Source: an uncultured Bacilli bacterium
GTDB taxonomy: Bacteria > Bacillota_I > Bacilli_A > RF39 > UBA660
Length of the DNA stretch: 37,320 nt
NCBI GenBank assembly: GCA_944367495.1
Contig: CALVWP010000058.1
Span: 1 to 37,320, forward strand
Reading direction: 5' to 3'
Position 1 is the first letter of the stretch. Each line of letters opens with the position of its first letter. Shown here one piece after another: positions 1 to 9,486 of the stretch. The notes beneath the pieces are model-generated. The model was not told the origin of the DNA. It worked only from the letters and a program-made list of their open reading frames with translations, and did not search any database. The position numbers and the translations under genes are program-made.

Positions 1-277
1 CCATACTAGATGCATTTTCACTAACCTGCACAATTTGATCCCATTTAATAACCCCATCTTCTATCGCTTCAATAATCAAAAGCATACTCATCATCTTCGT
101 CATACTAGCCGGATGTAATTTCTCATCTGCATTTTTTTCAAATAAAACCTCACCAGTACTAGCTTCGATTAAAATAGCCGATTTAGCCTTTTCAGCTAGT
201 TTAACCTCATCAGCTTGCGCAGGAATCACTCCAACAAACATCAATAATATTAAAAAAAACAGTAACATTTTTTTCAT
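1..277 (-). CDS. dacF: D-alanyl-D-alanine carboxypeptidase (peptidase S11, DacF-like), 5' part only; runs off window edge
   Basis: Manual translation from ATG at 277: MKKMLLFFLILLMFVGVIPAQADEVKLAEKAKSAILIEASTGEVLFEKNADEKLHPASMTKMMSMLL...SENASSM. Signal peptide and SxxK (ASMTK); closely resembles the DacF N-terminus. Confidence 0.8.
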   Translation of the reverse strand, partial: MKKMLLFFLILLMFVGVIPAQADEVKLAEKAKSAILIEASTGEVLFEKNADEKLHPASMTKMMSMLLIIEAIEDGVIKWDQIVQVSENASSM

Positions 278-294
278 AACATCGCCTCTATTAA

Positions 295-322
295 AAAATA
301 TGTCACTTTTTTCCTTTTATGA
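295..322 (-). promoter_or_regulatory. Possible sporulation sigma (SigE-like) promoter upstream of the dac gene
   Basis: Minus strand reads TCATA-N15-CATATTTT just upstream of the GAGGCGA RBS. Short AT-rich motif, so a chance match is possible. Confidence 0.35.
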
Positions 323-335
323 GAAAAAAGACTTA

Positions 336-698
336 TTAGCAAGTCTTTTGAACAAAATTATATTTATACTGATTTTTAGTATTATCAAAACTTATTTCTA
401 CTACTCCACATAACTTTTCTTTATTTTCTGGATTTTTCAAATCAGCACTATCTATGTACCCTTCATCAGCTAAAGTTTGTATATCTAAAGAATAAACTGA
501 ATTATCAAGCGGCATTTTATCAGCATTCACCACACCCCATTTTTCAGCCGCATCTTCTAAAGTATTAATCTGCGTTTGCGATAAAGAAGTTTTGGATCTG
601 TCCATAATGCCAATAACTGCCGTACTAGCCATAACTGCAATAACCCCTAACAAAGCTATAATAACCATTAATTCAACTAAAGTAAAACCTTTTTTCAT
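336..698 (-). CDS. Type IV pilin/pseudopilin-like protein (prepilin N-terminal cleavage/methylation domain)
   Basis: MKKGFTLVELMVIIALLGVIAVMA class III signal (G|FTLxE); C-terminal Cys pair. Start taken at ATG 698. Confidence 0.85.
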   Translation of the reverse strand: MKKGFTLVELMVIIALLGVIAVMASTAVIGIMDRSKTSLSQTQINTLEDAAEKWGVVNADKMPLDNSVYSLDIQTLADEGYIDSADLKNPENKEKLCGVVEISFDNTKNQYKYNFVQKTC

Positions 699-700
699 AC

Positions 701-1075
701 TCAGCACTCTCCATCATATTCATATATCAATTGATAATTATCATAAGTTATACAAACTTTAGTATCAAGTGGTACTTTACCTCTATCAACCATATCTTGA
801 ACCTTCTTATCTTCTAAAAAACCAGAATTTTGTAATTCTTCAATAGTAACAAAAGTCTTAATATTACCTTCATAATAAACATTACCATCTTCTGTAATTA
901 AATGACTAACCCCCCACTCACTTGCTGCATTTTCTATAGCTCTTTTTTGTTCATCATTTAATCTTGTCTGCGTTCTGTTTAAAATACCAGTGACACTTGG
1001 CACAACCACCACTAACACTAAACCTAATATTGCAATTACAGCTAATAGCTCAATTAAAGTAAAACCTTTTTTCAT
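701..1075 (-). CDS. Type IV pilin/pseudopilin-like protein
   Basis: MKKGFTLIELLAVIAILGLVLVVVVP class III signal; C-terminal Cys pair; paralog of 336-698 (IENAASEWG vs LEDAAEKWG). Confidence 0.85.
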   Translation of the reverse strand: MKKGFTLIELLAVIAILGLVLVVVVPSVTGILNRTQTRLNDEQKRAIENAASEWGVSHLITEDGNVYYEGNIKTFVTIEELQNSGFLEDKKVQDMVDRGKVPLDTKVCITYDNYQLIYEYDGEC

Positions 1076-1620
1076 TTACTTTCACCTCTATTATTAATAA
1101 TATCATAACAATATTTTTTACTCAAATAATCAAATATTTTTAAATCCTTTTCTAAAAATGATACAAAACTAATTACAAATAATAAAACATAGCCAAAAAC
1201 CAAAAATACACCGTCAAAGAAAGCATAATAAAGGCCATACGTAATAGCCGTTGTCATACCAGATATTCTAACCCATTTCATATCACTTTGCCAAAGACAA
1301 TAAACCCTAATTATAGAACCGATAGTAGGTAAAAAAGAAATCATTCCTTGCCATGTAAATACACAATTTACACATACTAATGTTTCAAATAAAATTAAAA
1401 GTAAAAAATATAAATCTTTATTAAACTTTTCTTTATGACAAAAGAGTAAAGATCTAATAAAATTTATAAAACTTAAAACTGCCCCTGTTAAAGCGCCAAT
1501 TGTAAAACCATAAATGGATTCAAATAAACAACTTAAAGATTGACAGTTTAAAGCCACTTTTCTATCTTTAACATAACTACTTAAACATAGCATAATAAAT
1601 GTTAAAATACTAAATATCAT
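1072..1620 (-). CDS. YgjV-family inner membrane protein
   Basis: Multiple TM segments and a GALTGA...INFIRS...TWQG..SFLP pattern typical of YgjV. Confidence 0.65.
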   Translation of the reverse strand: MIFSILTFIMLCLSSYVKDRKVALNCQSLSCLFESIYGFTIGALTGAVLSFINFIRSLLFCHKEKFNKDLYFLLLILFETLVCVNCVFTWQGMISFLPTIGSIIRVYCLWQSDMKWVRISGMTTAITYGLYYAFFDGVFLVFGYVLLFVISFVSFLEKDLKIFDYLSKKYCYDIINNRGESK

Positions 1621-1710
1621 ATTCCCACCTATAATATATATACCATAAATAAAAAGAAAAAAAACAAGAAAAAAAGATGTAGATTATTTTTTTACACCTT
1701 TTTACAAATT

Positions 1711-1953
1711 TTAAAAAGAATCTATATTAATAACTGCACGTTTTTCATGATTTAGATAACTACTTGCTTGAACAATCGTTCTAATAGCAGAAGCAATCAT
1801 ACCTTTTTTGCCAATAACTCTCCCCATATCATCACTACTTACTAAAACTTCAATAGTAATTTTATCTTCATCATCAAAAGCTTTTACTGATACCATATCT
1901 GGATTTTTAACCAAACTCTTAACTAAAAATTCTGCTAAACTATCTAATTGCAT
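1711..1953 (-). CDS. khpA: KH-domain RNA-binding protein KhpA (YlqC)
   Basis: DMGRVIGKKG GxxG KH motif, 80 aa, directly downstream of rpsP. Confidence 0.92.
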   Translation of the reverse strand: MQLDSLAEFLVKSLVKNPDMVSVKAFDDEDKITIEVLVSSDDMGRVIGKKGMIASAIRTIVQASSYLNHEKRAVINIDSF

Positions 1954-1955
1954 AA

Positions 1956-2237
1956 CTATTTACTCTCTTTCGAATATTTCATTTCATGGAATTTTTGATT
2001 AATTCCTTTTTTATTAAATAAACTTTTAACTGTATCAGTAGGAATAGCACCATTATTAAGCCATTTTAAAGCAACTTCTTCTTTAATATTAATCTCAGCT
2101 GGTTCTGTAATTGGATTATAAGTACCAACAAGTTCAATATATTTACCATCTCTTTTTACTCTAGAATCAGCTGCTACTATACGGTAAAATGGTTTTCTTT
2201 TAGCGCCCATTCTTAAAAGTCTTAATTTAACTGCCAT
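1956..2237 (-). CDS. rpsP: 30S ribosomal protein S16
   Basis: [26 protein letters not shown]...GTYNP. Confidence 0.98.
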   Translation of the reverse strand: MAVKLRLLRMGAKRKPFYRIVAADSRVKRDGKYIELVGTYNPITEPAEINIKEEVALKWLNNGAIPTDTVKSLFNKKGINQKFHEMKYSKESK

Positions 2238-2261
2238 AATTTCCCTCCATTTCCGTAAATA

Positions 2262-2290
2262 ATTCTATCATAAATATATATGCCTGTCAA
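2262..2290 (-). promoter_or_regulatory. SigA promoter of rpsP-khpA
   Basis: TTGACA-17-TAGAAT with TGn extended -10. Confidence 0.75.
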
Positions 2291-2307
2291 CCTTTTTAAG
2301 TTGACAC

Positions 2308-2970
2308 TTAAATATAATCAGAAATATTAACCATAAAACCTTTCGGCACAAATGCCTTTGGTAAAAACAAAGTCCTACCATCACTTGAAATAACCTCACA
2401 GTTTTTCATATTATGATCTAAATAATTACCCGTTAAATGATAATAAATATAATGATTTACAGTACCGTGAGCCAAAACTAAAATATAATTATAAATATTT
2501 AAAGAAGCTATTTTCTGAATTTCTAAAGCCACTCCTTTTACCCTATCTTTAACATCATTTCTACTCTCACCACCAGTATATACTGCACTTTCTAAATCTT
2601 TTTTCGCATCTTCAAAATACTTTTTGCTTGAAGGATGCATCCTTAAAACCTCATCTACAGTATGAGCATAATGCACTCCAGAATAAAACTCTCTAAGCTC
2701 ATCTTTAATTATAATCTCATAATCTCCATTCATTTTAGATAAAGCATAATTTAAAGTTTGCCAAACTCGCACATAAGGACTAATGATAATCAAAATCTTT
2801 CCTTTTAAATTGTTTAAAAATTAGCCTAATTCTAATGCTTGTTTTACCCCATACTCTTTTTCGATTGGCATATCTTTATCTTTAGCTATTTGCCATAAAC
2901 CCTCCTGATTATTATAACTAGCATTATTAGCTGGAGTAAAAGCATGTCTAATCAAATATATTTTCGTCAT
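2308..2970 (-). pseudogene. Histidine phosphatase (phosphoglycerate mutase-like) family gene interrupted by an in-frame TAA at 2821-2823
   Basis: ATG 2970 gives MTKIYLIRHAFTPAN...GVKQALELG*FLNNLKGKILIIISPYVRVWQT, continuing in frame into the 2308-2793 ORF. RH, SPxxR, GGES and LAHG motifs are present. Confidence 0.8.
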
Positions 2971-3004
2971 ACAAAGATTATATCAAAAAAGTGCGAATCA
3001 CGCA

Positions 3005-3541
3005 CTATTTTAAATAATCTTCAGATACATTTTCATCAATTTCTTTTAACGTATCTTCATCCACATCATCTACAATCTCATCCCAAGGCTCTTCATCATC
3101 TTCAACAGCTATCTTCACTTTGGTCTCCCCCACAATTTCAACTCCAAGTTCCTTTTCAATACTAAAAGAAATTGTATTATCATTTTCAATATTAACTAAA
3201 GAACAAGTAGGTTGTTTTAATGATCTTACAATAATATCTGTATCACCAGATAAATCAGCATTTTCTCTAAGCCTTACATTAAATAAATCATTATACTCAA
3301 TTTTTTTATTTATAACTGCCGTCTTACTATCATTATCATAAGAATACCAAATATTTATATCAAAAGATCCATCCACACCAACCTTATCACCAGATTTATA
3401 ACCTTTAAATTTATGATTAATTACCCAGCACCCCAAAACAGTAGTCGGCTTGTTATCTGTCTGTATTGTATAACTATTTTTAAAATGTTTCTTGCCTTTA
3501 CCAATAATTGCCTTGGTCACTATTTCTTTATATGATGCCAC
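3005..3541 (-). CDS. cotE: Outer spore coat morphogenetic protein CotE
   Basis: YKEIVTKAIIGKG, LGCWVINH, FDINIWYSY, VEIVGETKV and an acidic tail. GTG start at 3541 after the GGGGTGA RBS; near miaB as in Bacillus. Confidence 0.92.
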   Translation of the reverse strand: MASYKEIVTKAIIGKGKKHFKNSYTIQTDNKPTTVLGCWVINHKFKGYKSGDKVGVDGSFDINIWYSYDNDSKTAVINKKIEYNDLFNVRLRENADLSGDTDIIVRSLKQPTCSLVNIENDNTISFSIEKELGVEIVGETKVKIAVEDDEEPWDEIVDDVDEDTLKEIDENVSEDYLK

Positions 3542-3558
3542 TTTATCACCCCTCACTT

Positions 3559-3585
3559 TAAGATATGCATTTAACCAAAAAAAGT
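3559..3585 (-). promoter_or_regulatory. SigK/SigE-type mother-cell promoter candidate for cotE
   Basis: Minus strand AC-N16-CATATCTTA matches the SigK consensus AC-N16-CATAnnnTA. Confidence 0.5.
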
Positions 3586-3608
3586 ACACAAAAAAATGGC
3601 CAAAGCCA

Positions 3609-4919
3609 TTAAATTAGTTTTCTAATAATCGGTAAAAATTTACTTAAATTAGGATCAGCTAAAATCTTACCGTATATAGATAATTTATCTAAATCACTCA
3701 TTGTATTTAAATCTAAACTATCAGAAACATCAATATCTAAAACAGCATCAGCTTTTTTAGCCGTATATTTTAAATTAAAATTACCCTCCATCAAAACATT
3801 ATTATTTAAAGTCTTTTTATAATATAAATGATAAACATACTTTGTTTTATTATCATTAGACTCAAGTGAAAAATTCCCTTCAATAACCATCTTATCTTTA
3901 TTAACAATATTATAAGAATAATTATTTTCTCCATTACTAATCAAATTTAAAGTTCCTATTTCACTTTCAAATACCACTTTTATAAATTCTTTCGTCTTCT
4001 TATCTACATATAAAGAAACATTAACCTTCTCGCTTTCTGTCAACTTTTTCTTTAATTTATCTAAATAATTATCTAGTGATTTTTTAATATCACTATTACT
4101 AACTCCTTTCATCTTCGCCACAATTTGCGTAAATTCATCATTAGATTTCAAAGTATTAATAAATGTTTCAGCTACTCTTTTTCGGTTATTCTTATCTACT
4201 GTTAACCTAGTCATATAACTTTTTAAAGTCTTTCCATTAACCTCTATATTTTCATTACTACCAAAAATTTTCTCATCAGACACTACTTTATCAATTGCTT
4301 GATTCAAACCATCCAATATAATTTTAACCTCATTGCCATTTACAAAATAACTAAGTTTATTATCTCTTAATTTAATATACTTATCAGCTATATTAGGCAC
4401 ATAAACATAGCTAGCTTCGCCATCTCCATAAATATTAGTAACAATAAAATCATGACCATCATAATCTACATCTAAATCAAAATAACTACGGTTACTAGCA
4501 TTATCTTTAATATAATCCGCACTAAACTTAAGTTTATTAAGTTCAGCATACATCTCATCATTGCCCTTAATATCATAATCTAAAGTTATATTACCATCTG
4601 TTACATCGTAAACATTTTCATTCACATTATTTTTTAAATAATCAAATAACCCATCCACTGTTTGTGTAAAAACGGTCTTCGGATTATTGCTGAAAAAAGA
4701 TAAACAAAACATAATCACAATACTTAAAATTAAAAATATCGAAATAAGCCACGGCAACTTAGACAACTTAGCTTTTTTGCTATTTTTTACAATATCATTA
4801 TAATCCACATTAAAATTTTCTTCTTTCGCATCATCATCCATTAAAGAATCCTCTAATGCTTCATTAGTTCTATCTTCAACCCTCTTTACAAATTCTTTTA
4901 GTTTATTAGTATCTTTCAT
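3609..4919 (-). CDS. Hypothetical membrane-anchored protein (acidic N-terminal region, one TM helix, large beta-rich extracellular region)
   Basis: 436 aa ORF, AGGAG RBS, TM segment LPWLISIFLILSIVIMFCLSFF. Confidence 0.7.
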   Translation of the reverse strand: MKDTNKLKEFVKRVEDRTNEALEDSLMDDDAKEENFNVDYNDIVKNSKKAKLSKLPWLISIFLILSIVIMFCLSFFSNNPKTVFTQTVDGLFDYLKNNVNENVYDVTDGNITLDYDIKGNDEMYAELNKLKFSADYIKDNASNRSYFDLDVDYDGHDFIVTNIYGDGEASYVYVPNIADKYIKLRDNKLSYFVNGNEVKIILDGLNQAIDKVVSDEKIFGSNENIEVNGKTLKSYMTRLTVDKNNRKRVAETFINTLKSNDEFTQIVAKMKGVSNSDIKKSLDNYLDKLKKKLTESEKVNVSLYVDKKTKEFIKVVFESEIGTLNLISNGENNYSYNIVNKDKMVIEGNFSLESNDNKTKYVYHLYYKKTLNNNVLMEGNFNLKYTAKKADAVLDIDVSDSLDLNTMSDLDKLSIYGKILADPNLSKFLPIIRKLI

Positions 4920-4988
4920 ATACTTATCTCCTACTCTTTATATAAATAATACCAAATTAAATCATTTTTTTCAATAGAAAAAGATAGC

Positions 4989-6401
4989 CTAAGCTATCTC
5001 TCCATCCATACTCCAAGTTTTAACATCGGTTATTTTAACATTCACTATCTCACCAAGCATCTCTTTAGGCGCTTTGACATTGACAAGTTTCATCGTATCT
5101 GTATAACCCGCCAGCATATCATCATTTTTCTCACTAACGTTTTCAAGTAAAACTGGAACAACTTTTCCCAAATATTTTTGATTAGCTATTAGCGCATATT
5201 TATTTACAATCTCATTTAACTTATGTAATCTATCTTCTTTAACCTTAAGTGGTGTATCGTCTTTCATTTTAGCTGCTGGAGTTCCCTCTCTAGGTGAAAA
5301 AATAAATGTAAAAGCTGAATCATACTTGCAAGTATTAACTACATCTAAAGTATCTAAAAAATCTTCTTCACTCTCTCCCGGAAAACCAACAATAATATCT
5401 GTCGTGATTGCTGCATTAGGTACTGTTGCTTTAATCTTATTAAATAACTTTAAATAAGATTCTTTCGTATATCTTCTGCCCATAAGTTTTAAAATTCTAT
5501 CAGAGCCAGATTGTAAAGGCAAATGAATATAAGGCATAATATTCGCATATTTTCCAATTACTTCAATCATTCTATCAGTAAAATCCCATGGATGTGAAGT
5601 GACAAACCTTATGCGTTCAATACCAGTTTTAGCTACATCTTCTAATAAATCACTCATATCGTATTTTATATTCAAATCTTTACCATAAGCATTAACGTTT
5701 TGACCAAGTAAAGTAACTTCCTTATAACCATCCTCTTTTAAGCCCTTTACTTCCGCTATAATATCTTCAAATCTTCTGCTTCTTTGTTTACCTCTAGTAT
5801 AAGGAACTATACAATATGTACAAAATTTATCACAACCATACATTATATTCACAAAAGCTTTATATTTACTATCTCTTTTAACTGGTACATTTTCAACAAT
5901 ATCACCCTCGATAGCCATAACATCCACTTCTATTTTATTTTTATGCATTGCTTTATCTAAAATCCCAGGTAACTCATGAATATTATGTGTTCCAAACACA
6001 ACATCTAAAAAACTATACTTATCTAAAATCTCCTTAACTACAACTTCTTCTTGCGCCATACATCCGCATATTCCCGTAATAATGTCTGGTCTATCTTGCT
6101 TCATATGTTTAAGTCTACCTATCATACCAAACACCTTATTATGAGCATTTTCCCTTATCGCACAAGTATTAAGCAAAATCAAATCTGCTTGATCCATATT
6201 ACTGCTTTCCTTAAAACCCATATCTTCTAAAATTGCTTTAATATTTTCTGAATCATGAACATTCATCTGACAACCATACGTTTTAATATAATATGTTTTG
6301 CCTAATCCTAGTGTTTTTAATTTGTCATCTATTTCATATTTCTTTACCTCAGCCGCTTTTTTCGTTCTTTTTCGCGCTTCTTTTAACTGTGGCATCAACA
6401 T
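4989..6401 (-). CDS. miaB: tRNA-i6A37 methylthiotransferase MiaB
   Basis: TYGCQMN, LNTCAIRE, radical SAM GCDKFCTYC, C-terminal TRAM domain. Confidence 0.97.
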   Translation of the reverse strand: MLMPQLKEARKRTKKAAEVKKYEIDDKLKTLGLGKTYYIKTYGCQMNVHDSENIKAILEDMGFKESSNMDQADLILLNTCAIRENAHNKVFGMIGRLKHMKQDRPDIITGICGCMAQEEVVVKEILDKYSFLDVVFGTHNIHELPGILDKAMHKNKIEVDVMAIEGDIVENVPVKRDSKYKAFVNIMYGCDKFCTYCIVPYTRGKQRSRRFEDIIAEVKGLKEDGYKEVTLLGQNVNAYGKDLNIKYDMSDLLEDVAKTGIERIRFVTSHPWDFTDRMIEVIGKYANIMPYIHLPLQSGSDRILKLMGRRYTKESYLKLFNKIKATVPNAAITTDIIVGFPGESEEDFLDTLDVVNTCKYDSAFTFIFSPREGTPAAKMKDDTPLKVKEDRLHKLNEIVNKYALIANQKYLGKVVPVLLENVSEKNDDMLAGYTDTMKLVNVKAPKEMLGEIVNVKITDVKTWSMDGEIA

Positions 6402-6437
6402 ATTATCACTTCCCTCAAAAATAATAGCACATTTTAA

Positions 6438-6463
6438 AATAAAAAGCTAGCTTTGGCTAGCTT
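6438..6463 (-). terminator. Intrinsic terminator after rnj
   Basis: AAGCTAGC-CAAA-GCTAGCTT hairpin followed by a U-rich tract on the minus strand. Confidence 0.65.
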
Positions 6464-8108
6464 ACACCTCGCCAATAACAATCAAAATCATTGGCTTACA
6501 TTCAGTTTGTTCATAAAAATACTTTCCAACCTTATCTCGAATTCCAAGTTTGACTTTAGAAAAATCAACATAATTAGATTTAGTATTTTCTTGAATTACT
6601 TCTACCGCCATCTTTTCAGCTTCTTTAATTAAATCAATATTATCACGGACAAATATAAAGCCTCTAGTCAAAACCTCTGGACCTGCTAATATTTCTTTAG
6701 TCTCCTTATCTAAAGTAGCCGTAATAATTACAATTCCACTATCACTTAAAAGTTCACGGTCTTTAAGTACTAACTCACCAACATCTCCTGCTGAAAGGCC
6801 ATCGATCAAAATATCATCGATAGGTACTTTCATACCATTATCTATTAATTTCCCATTTTCAAAATAAGCAACTTCACCATTTAAACGAAGTAAAATATTA
6901 TCATCATTCATACCAACTTCTTTAGCCACATTCTTATTTGCTACCTGATGACGGTATTCTCCAATCACTGGCATATAATATTTTGGCTGCATCAAGTCAA
7001 TCATCAACATCAAATCTTCAGAAGAAGCATGATGTGATAAATACTTTCGTTTAGATATTTCAATTACATTCGCCCCTATTTTGGCTAAACCATCAAGAAT
7101 TTTCGTCGCTGTTCTTTCCATCCCATCTTCAATCGGTGAAGCAAATATTACTGTATCATCTGGTGTCACTGTAATAAACTTATCATAACCTCTAACAATT
7201 CTCTTTAAATTAGAAAAAGGTCTTTCTCTTTCATCAGAAATAATTACTACTATTTTTTCATCTCTAACATGATTAATTGGTAAAATTCTTTTTTTATCAA
7301 AATCAATATAATTTTTATCAATAGCTTTTAAAATAACAGTTTCCAAAGTCTTACCCATAATAACCACATTGCGATTAGTACTTTTAATTTCATTAAAAAG
7401 TTCTTGTATTCTATAAAGTTGCGCTTGATAAATATTGTATAAAATTCTACCATCAGTTCTATTTAATATTTCCCTTATCACCTTTGCAGTCCTATGATTT
7501 GGTGAAGTAAATCCTTGTTTATCAGCATACAAAGACTCTGACATTAAACATAAAACTCCTTGTTTACCAACGTATGCGAGTTTGCCAATATCAGTTTTAT
7601 AAGCTCCAAGCATCGTCGAATCAAACACAAAATTACCCGTATAAAATATTGCCCCATCTGGTGTATATAAAACATAACCAACATTACCTGGTACCATATG
7701 CGTTAAAGAAATTGGAAACACACTGTTTTTTCCAAAATTAATTTTTTTATGCGGTTTAATAACCTTTAAATTTTTAACACTTAAATTATCAGCTTGCAAA
7801 TCATCTTTCACAATTTCCATCGTAAATTCTGTACCATAAATTGGCAATTCTGGAACTTCTTTTAATATTTCCGATAAAGCTCCCATATTATCATAATGTC
7901 CGTGTGTAATAAATATACCTTTAATATTCTTTTTATTCTGTTTAATATAATCATAATTTGGAATAATATAATCTACTCCAAGCATTTTATCATCTGCGTA
8001 TTTTAACCCGGCATCAAATATAAATATATCATGATCGACATCGACAACATACATATTTTTACCGTCTTCATTAAGTCCGCCGAGTGCAAATATCTTTATT
8101 TTACTCAT
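6462..8108 (-). CDS. rnjB: Ribonuclease J, J2-like paralog with degenerate metal-binding motifs
   Basis: ALGGLNEDGKNMY N-terminus and overall RNase J layout. HGHYDNMG replaces HGHEDHIG, and TGNF replaces TGDF. Confidence 0.8.
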   Translation of the reverse strand: MSKIKIFALGGLNEDGKNMYVVDVDHDIFIFDAGLKYADDKMLGVDYIIPNYDYIKQNKKNIKGIFITHGHYDNMGALSEILKEVPELPIYGTEFTMEIVKDDLQADNLSVKNLKVIKPHKKINFGKNSVFPISLTHMVPGNVGYVLYTPDGAIFYTGNFVFDSTMLGAYKTDIGKLAYVGKQGVLCLMSESLYADKQGFTSPNHRTAKVIREILNRTDGRILYNIYQAQLYRIQELFNEIKSTNRNVVIMGKTLETVILKAIDKNYIDFDKKRILPINHVRDEKIVVIISDERERPFSNLKRIVRGYDKFITVTPDDTVIFASPIEDGMERTATKILDGLAKIGANVIEISKRKYLSHHASSEDLMLMIDLMQPKYYMPVIGEYRHQVANKNVAKEVGMNDDNILLRLNGEVAYFENGKLIDNGMKVPIDDILIDGLSAGDVGELVLKDRELLSDSGIVIITATLDKETKEILAGPEVLTRGFIFVRDNIDLIKEAEKMAVEVIQENTKSNYVDFSKVKLGIRDKVGKYFYEQTECKPMILIVIGEV

Positions 8109-8145
8109 TTCTTCTCCTTTCTTCCGTCATTTAAAAGCCTAACCA

Positions 8146-8174
8146 ATTATAACAGAAAAAAGCATAAAAAGCAA
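8146..8174 (-). promoter_or_regulatory. SigA promoter of rnj
   Basis: TTGCTT-17-TATAAT with TGn extension. Confidence 0.65.
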
Positions 8175-8314
8175 TTTGCCATTATAAGTCAAAAAAATTT
8201 AAATATAACAAAATATAATCATTATATCGCACTTTAAATAACTATTTGTTACACTTATCTATAAGGTTTGTTTAATAGTTGGGCATAACCTTCACTCTTT
8301 TATAAAGAATAAAA

Positions 8315-8401
8315 ATGATGTTTATAATTAAAAGAGAAAAAGCTCTTTATGCCATAATCTCTCTTCTATTTATTTTATTGTTTGTATTACTATTTAAATA
8401 G
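8315..8401 (+). CDS. Possible 28-aa single-TM small peptide
   Basis: MMFIIKREKALYAIISLLFILLFVLLFK*, read manually. No strong RBS. Confidence 0.3.
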   Translation: MMFIIKREKALYAIISLLFILLFVLLFK

Positions 8402-8439
8402 AAAAATGCACCTAACTCATCATAGGTGATTTAGGCACA
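8401..8439 (-). terminator. Intrinsic terminator (for the DAG kinase gene or a short RNA)
   Basis: TGTGCCTAA...TTAGGTGCA stem with two G-U pairs that form only on the minus strand, followed by TTTTT. Confidence 0.6.
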
Positions 8440-8518
8440 CACATTTAGCTGCGTTCAACATTCAAATGTTGAAAGTTCCTTTATATACATTTTATCATAA
8501 GTTTAACTTACTAATAAT

Positions 8519-9436
8519 TTAGATAAAAATTTTATCTAATTCTTTATTAGGTAATAACATTTTTATTCCTTTAACAATTTTAATTTCATACTCTTTAGTA
8601 TCAGTCTTAAGCATCTCACCATCAATGCAAAAACTTTTTTTAGGATGTTCTTTTAATTTTATTTTTAAATTATCTGTTCTAAAAAAATAAAATCCCGGAA
8701 CCTTGGTAATATCACTAGTTTTTAAAAAATAAAGGCTTCTAATAATATCTTGCTTAGTTGTAATATTAGAAAGCAAAACTTCAAATTCACCATCATTCAT
8801 TTTAACGTCCTGTAAAATTTCTAAGCCACCCATTCTACTCGCATTACAAATCAAAACAAATGAGTAAAGTCCTTTATAAGTTTCACCATTAGCTGTATAA
8901 CTCATCTCAAACAAATGCGTTTTTTGGTTAAATGATTTAATAGCATTTATCATATAAGCAAAATAACCTAAATTTTTTTTCATATTTCTTGGAGTATCAT
9001 AAGCTACATCTGTAAACTTTCCAAGTCCCGCCACATAAACAAACGGCACATTATTAATTGTACATATATCTAAATCTTTTACCGTTCCCTCTAAAATCAT
9101 TTTTAAATTAGTAACTGGATTTTTCCCCATTCCAAAAGTAGCTCCTAAATCATTTGTTGTCCCAAGCGGTATATGTGTTAAAAGTAATCTCTTATCACGT
9201 TTTAAATTACCGGTTACAATTTCATTAAAAGTTCCATCGCCACCTAAAGAAATAACCAAATCAATATCATCTGGTAAATCCAAAACAATTTTCTTCGCAT
9301 GACCTGCATATTTAGTAAAAATAATATCGACATTATACCCATATTCATTTAAAACATTCTTACACTTTTCCGCAAGCACCTCTTTGTTATTCTTACCACT
9401 ATTTGGATTACATATCAAAACACTTTTTTTCATCAC
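8519..9436 (-). CDS. Diacylglycerol/lipid kinase family (YegS/BmrU/DgkB)
   Basis: NPNSG, GGDGTFNE, IPLGTTND and IDGE motifs. Confidence 0.93.
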   Translation of the reverse strand: MMKKSVLICNPNSGKNNKEVLAEKCKNVLNEYGYNVDIIFTKYAGHAKKIVLDLPDDIDLVISLGGDGTFNEIVTGNLKRDKRLLLTHIPLGTTNDLGATFGMGKNPVTNLKMILEGTVKDLDICTINNVPFVYVAGLGKFTDVAYDTPRNMKKNLGYFAYMINAIKSFNQKTHLFEMSYTANGETYKGLYSFVLICNASRMGGLEILQDVKMNDGEFEVLLSNITTKQDIIRSLYFLKTSDITKVPGFYFFRTDNLKIKLKEHPKKSFCIDGEMLKTDTKEYEIKIVKGIKMLLPNKELDKIFI

Positions 9437-9486
9437 TAATCACCATATCTTCATTATACATTAAATTTTGTATCTTCACAAAAATA

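Noticed and set aside
2285-2306. TGTCAAC-N8-GTTGACA palindrome as a special operator or invertible site
   Set aside because: It is adequately explained as a short hairpin after the phosphatase stop that overlaps the rpsP -35; nothing else supports a special role.
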